Shown here: positions 63,406 to 64,000 of the stretch, one piece after another
Position numbering within the stretch: the stretch's first letter is position 1
Layout of the letters: every line of letters starts with the position of its first letter
Assembly: GCA_026706815.1 (NCBI GenBank)
Contig: JAPOYA010000013.1
Coordinates: forward strand, 20,378 to 84,377
Length of the DNA: 64,000 bases
Direction: 5' to 3'
DNA from: Acidimicrobiaceae bacterium
Lineage (GTDB): Bacteria; Actinomycetota; Acidimicrobiia; Acidimicrobiales; Aldehydirespiratoraceae
The notes under the pieces: model-generated
Told to the model about the DNA's origin: nothing
What the model saw: the letters and a program-made list of their open reading frames with translations, nothing else
Database searches by the model: none
Made by a program: the position numbers and the translations under genes

Positions 63406-64000
63406 ACCCGATCGGGGCCAACAGCAACGTGGCCGGGAGCTCCTTCATGGTGGAGAGCATCACCAGCCCGGCGCCGGCAAGAAGGCCTGGTGCCATGAGT
63501 GGCAGCTCGACGGTTAGGAATCGTCGGGAGCGGCTCGCTCCCAGGGTCGCCGCGGCATCGCTGTAGGCGTCCGGCACCGCCTCCACAGCAACGTGGGCCG
63601 CCCGACTCGCCTGGGCGCCGAAGTGCAGGATATAGGCGACGATCAACAACGGAAGGGTCTGATACCAGCGTCCGATGATTGGGGCGTCTATGGCCCAGAA
63701 AACCAACGAGAGAGCAATCACAACGCCGGGAAGAGCGAAGCCCGCAACGACCATGGAATTGGCAGCGCCCGCAACCCGACTTCGATAACGCCCGGTCAAC
63801 CAGGCAATCGGCAACACGACCGCAATGGCGGCCAACGCGGTGATCAGACCAACCTCGGCGGTGTGCAGCGCCGGTTCCACGAGAGCCCCGAAGTCGATTC
63901 CCAGACCCACCGAGTCGATGTCGGCGGTGAGACCTCGCCAAGCCCAGAAGCCGAGCACCGCCACTGGTCCGATCAGTGCATTGCCGATGAAGGCTGCAAC
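63266..64000 (-). CDS. ABC transporter permease, FbpB/ThiP-like (C-terminal part; gene continues beyond the window)
   Basis: Has the EAA-type loop DAAATLGASRSRRFLTVELPLMAPG. The frame stays open and hydrophobic from 63965 to base 64000. Confidence 0.8.
   Translation of the reverse strand, partial: VAAFIGNALIGPVAVLGFWAWRGLTADIDSVGLGIDFGALVEPALHTAEVGLITALAAIAVVLPIAWLTGRYRSRVAGAANSMVVAGFALPGVVIALSLVFWAIDAPIIGRWYQTLPLLIVAYILHFGAQASRAAHVAVEAVPDAYSDAAATLGASRSRRFLTVELPLMAPGLLAGAGLVMLSTMKELPATLLLAPIGFDTLATEVWGAGERGALAQGAVASLALVAVSSVLTWAVVLRRFDVH

Overview
This is a gene-dense, high-GC segment of an actinobacterial-type chromosome. Hand-counted 60-nt samples give about 67% G+C in core genes. I call about 58 protein genes and one tRNA (initiator tRNA-Met). 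I recognised no rRNA, CRISPR array, transposase or integrase.

Layout:
(i) 1-22.1 kb: a divergently transcribed ~21-kb catabolic island for an N-heterocycle or purine-like substrate. It holds two paralogous BMP-family ABC importers, two molybdenum hydroxylases (one is an SsnA + XdhD-like pair), three amidohydrolases and an LLM oxidoreductase.
(ii) 22.2-28.2 kb: a DUF222/HNH gene, a lower-GC plant-type LRR surface protein translationally coupled to a MauE-like membrane protein, and a Tat-exported PhoX/DUF839-like protein.
(iii) 28.2-34.1 kb: mgsABC-type glutamate-synthase-like genes, a GmaS-type glutamine synthetase and an XRE/cupin regulator.
(iv) 34-42 kb: an APH-fold kinase, a two-component pair in which both phosphoryl-transfer residues are substituted, and znuABC-zur.
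(v) 42-51 kb: a DhlA-type haloalkane dehalogenase-TetR operon, DUF2855, a quinone oxidoreductase, a PrdB/GrdB-family selenoprotein gene, an alkylsulfatase-like hydrolase and a GST-like protein.
(vi) 51-64 kb: HAD, PrmA, VapBC, a non-Pyl MttB coupled to a DMGDH-type enzyme, an orphan HigA-like antitoxin, tRNA-fMet, a secreted deacetylase, TauD and an ABC permease.

Most notable observations:
- The ORF track splits the selenoprotein gene at an in-frame TGA (47461-47463). Read-through gives a U-x-x-C motif, and a SECIS-like hairpin follows.
- Two separate insertions are each flanked by a duplicated, still-translatable copy of the 3' end of the interrupted gene. Most differences between the copies are synonymous.
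- The histidine kinase / response regulator pair has the phospho-His replaced by Arg and the phospho-Asp replaced by Glu.
- A 33-nt motif is shared by the dehalogenase/TetR promoter region and a GST-like gene 5.7 kb away.
- Both BMP binding lipoproteins carry tandem-repeat-encoded Asp/Met/His tethers.

All family assignments rest on motif recognition from memory. No database search was run.
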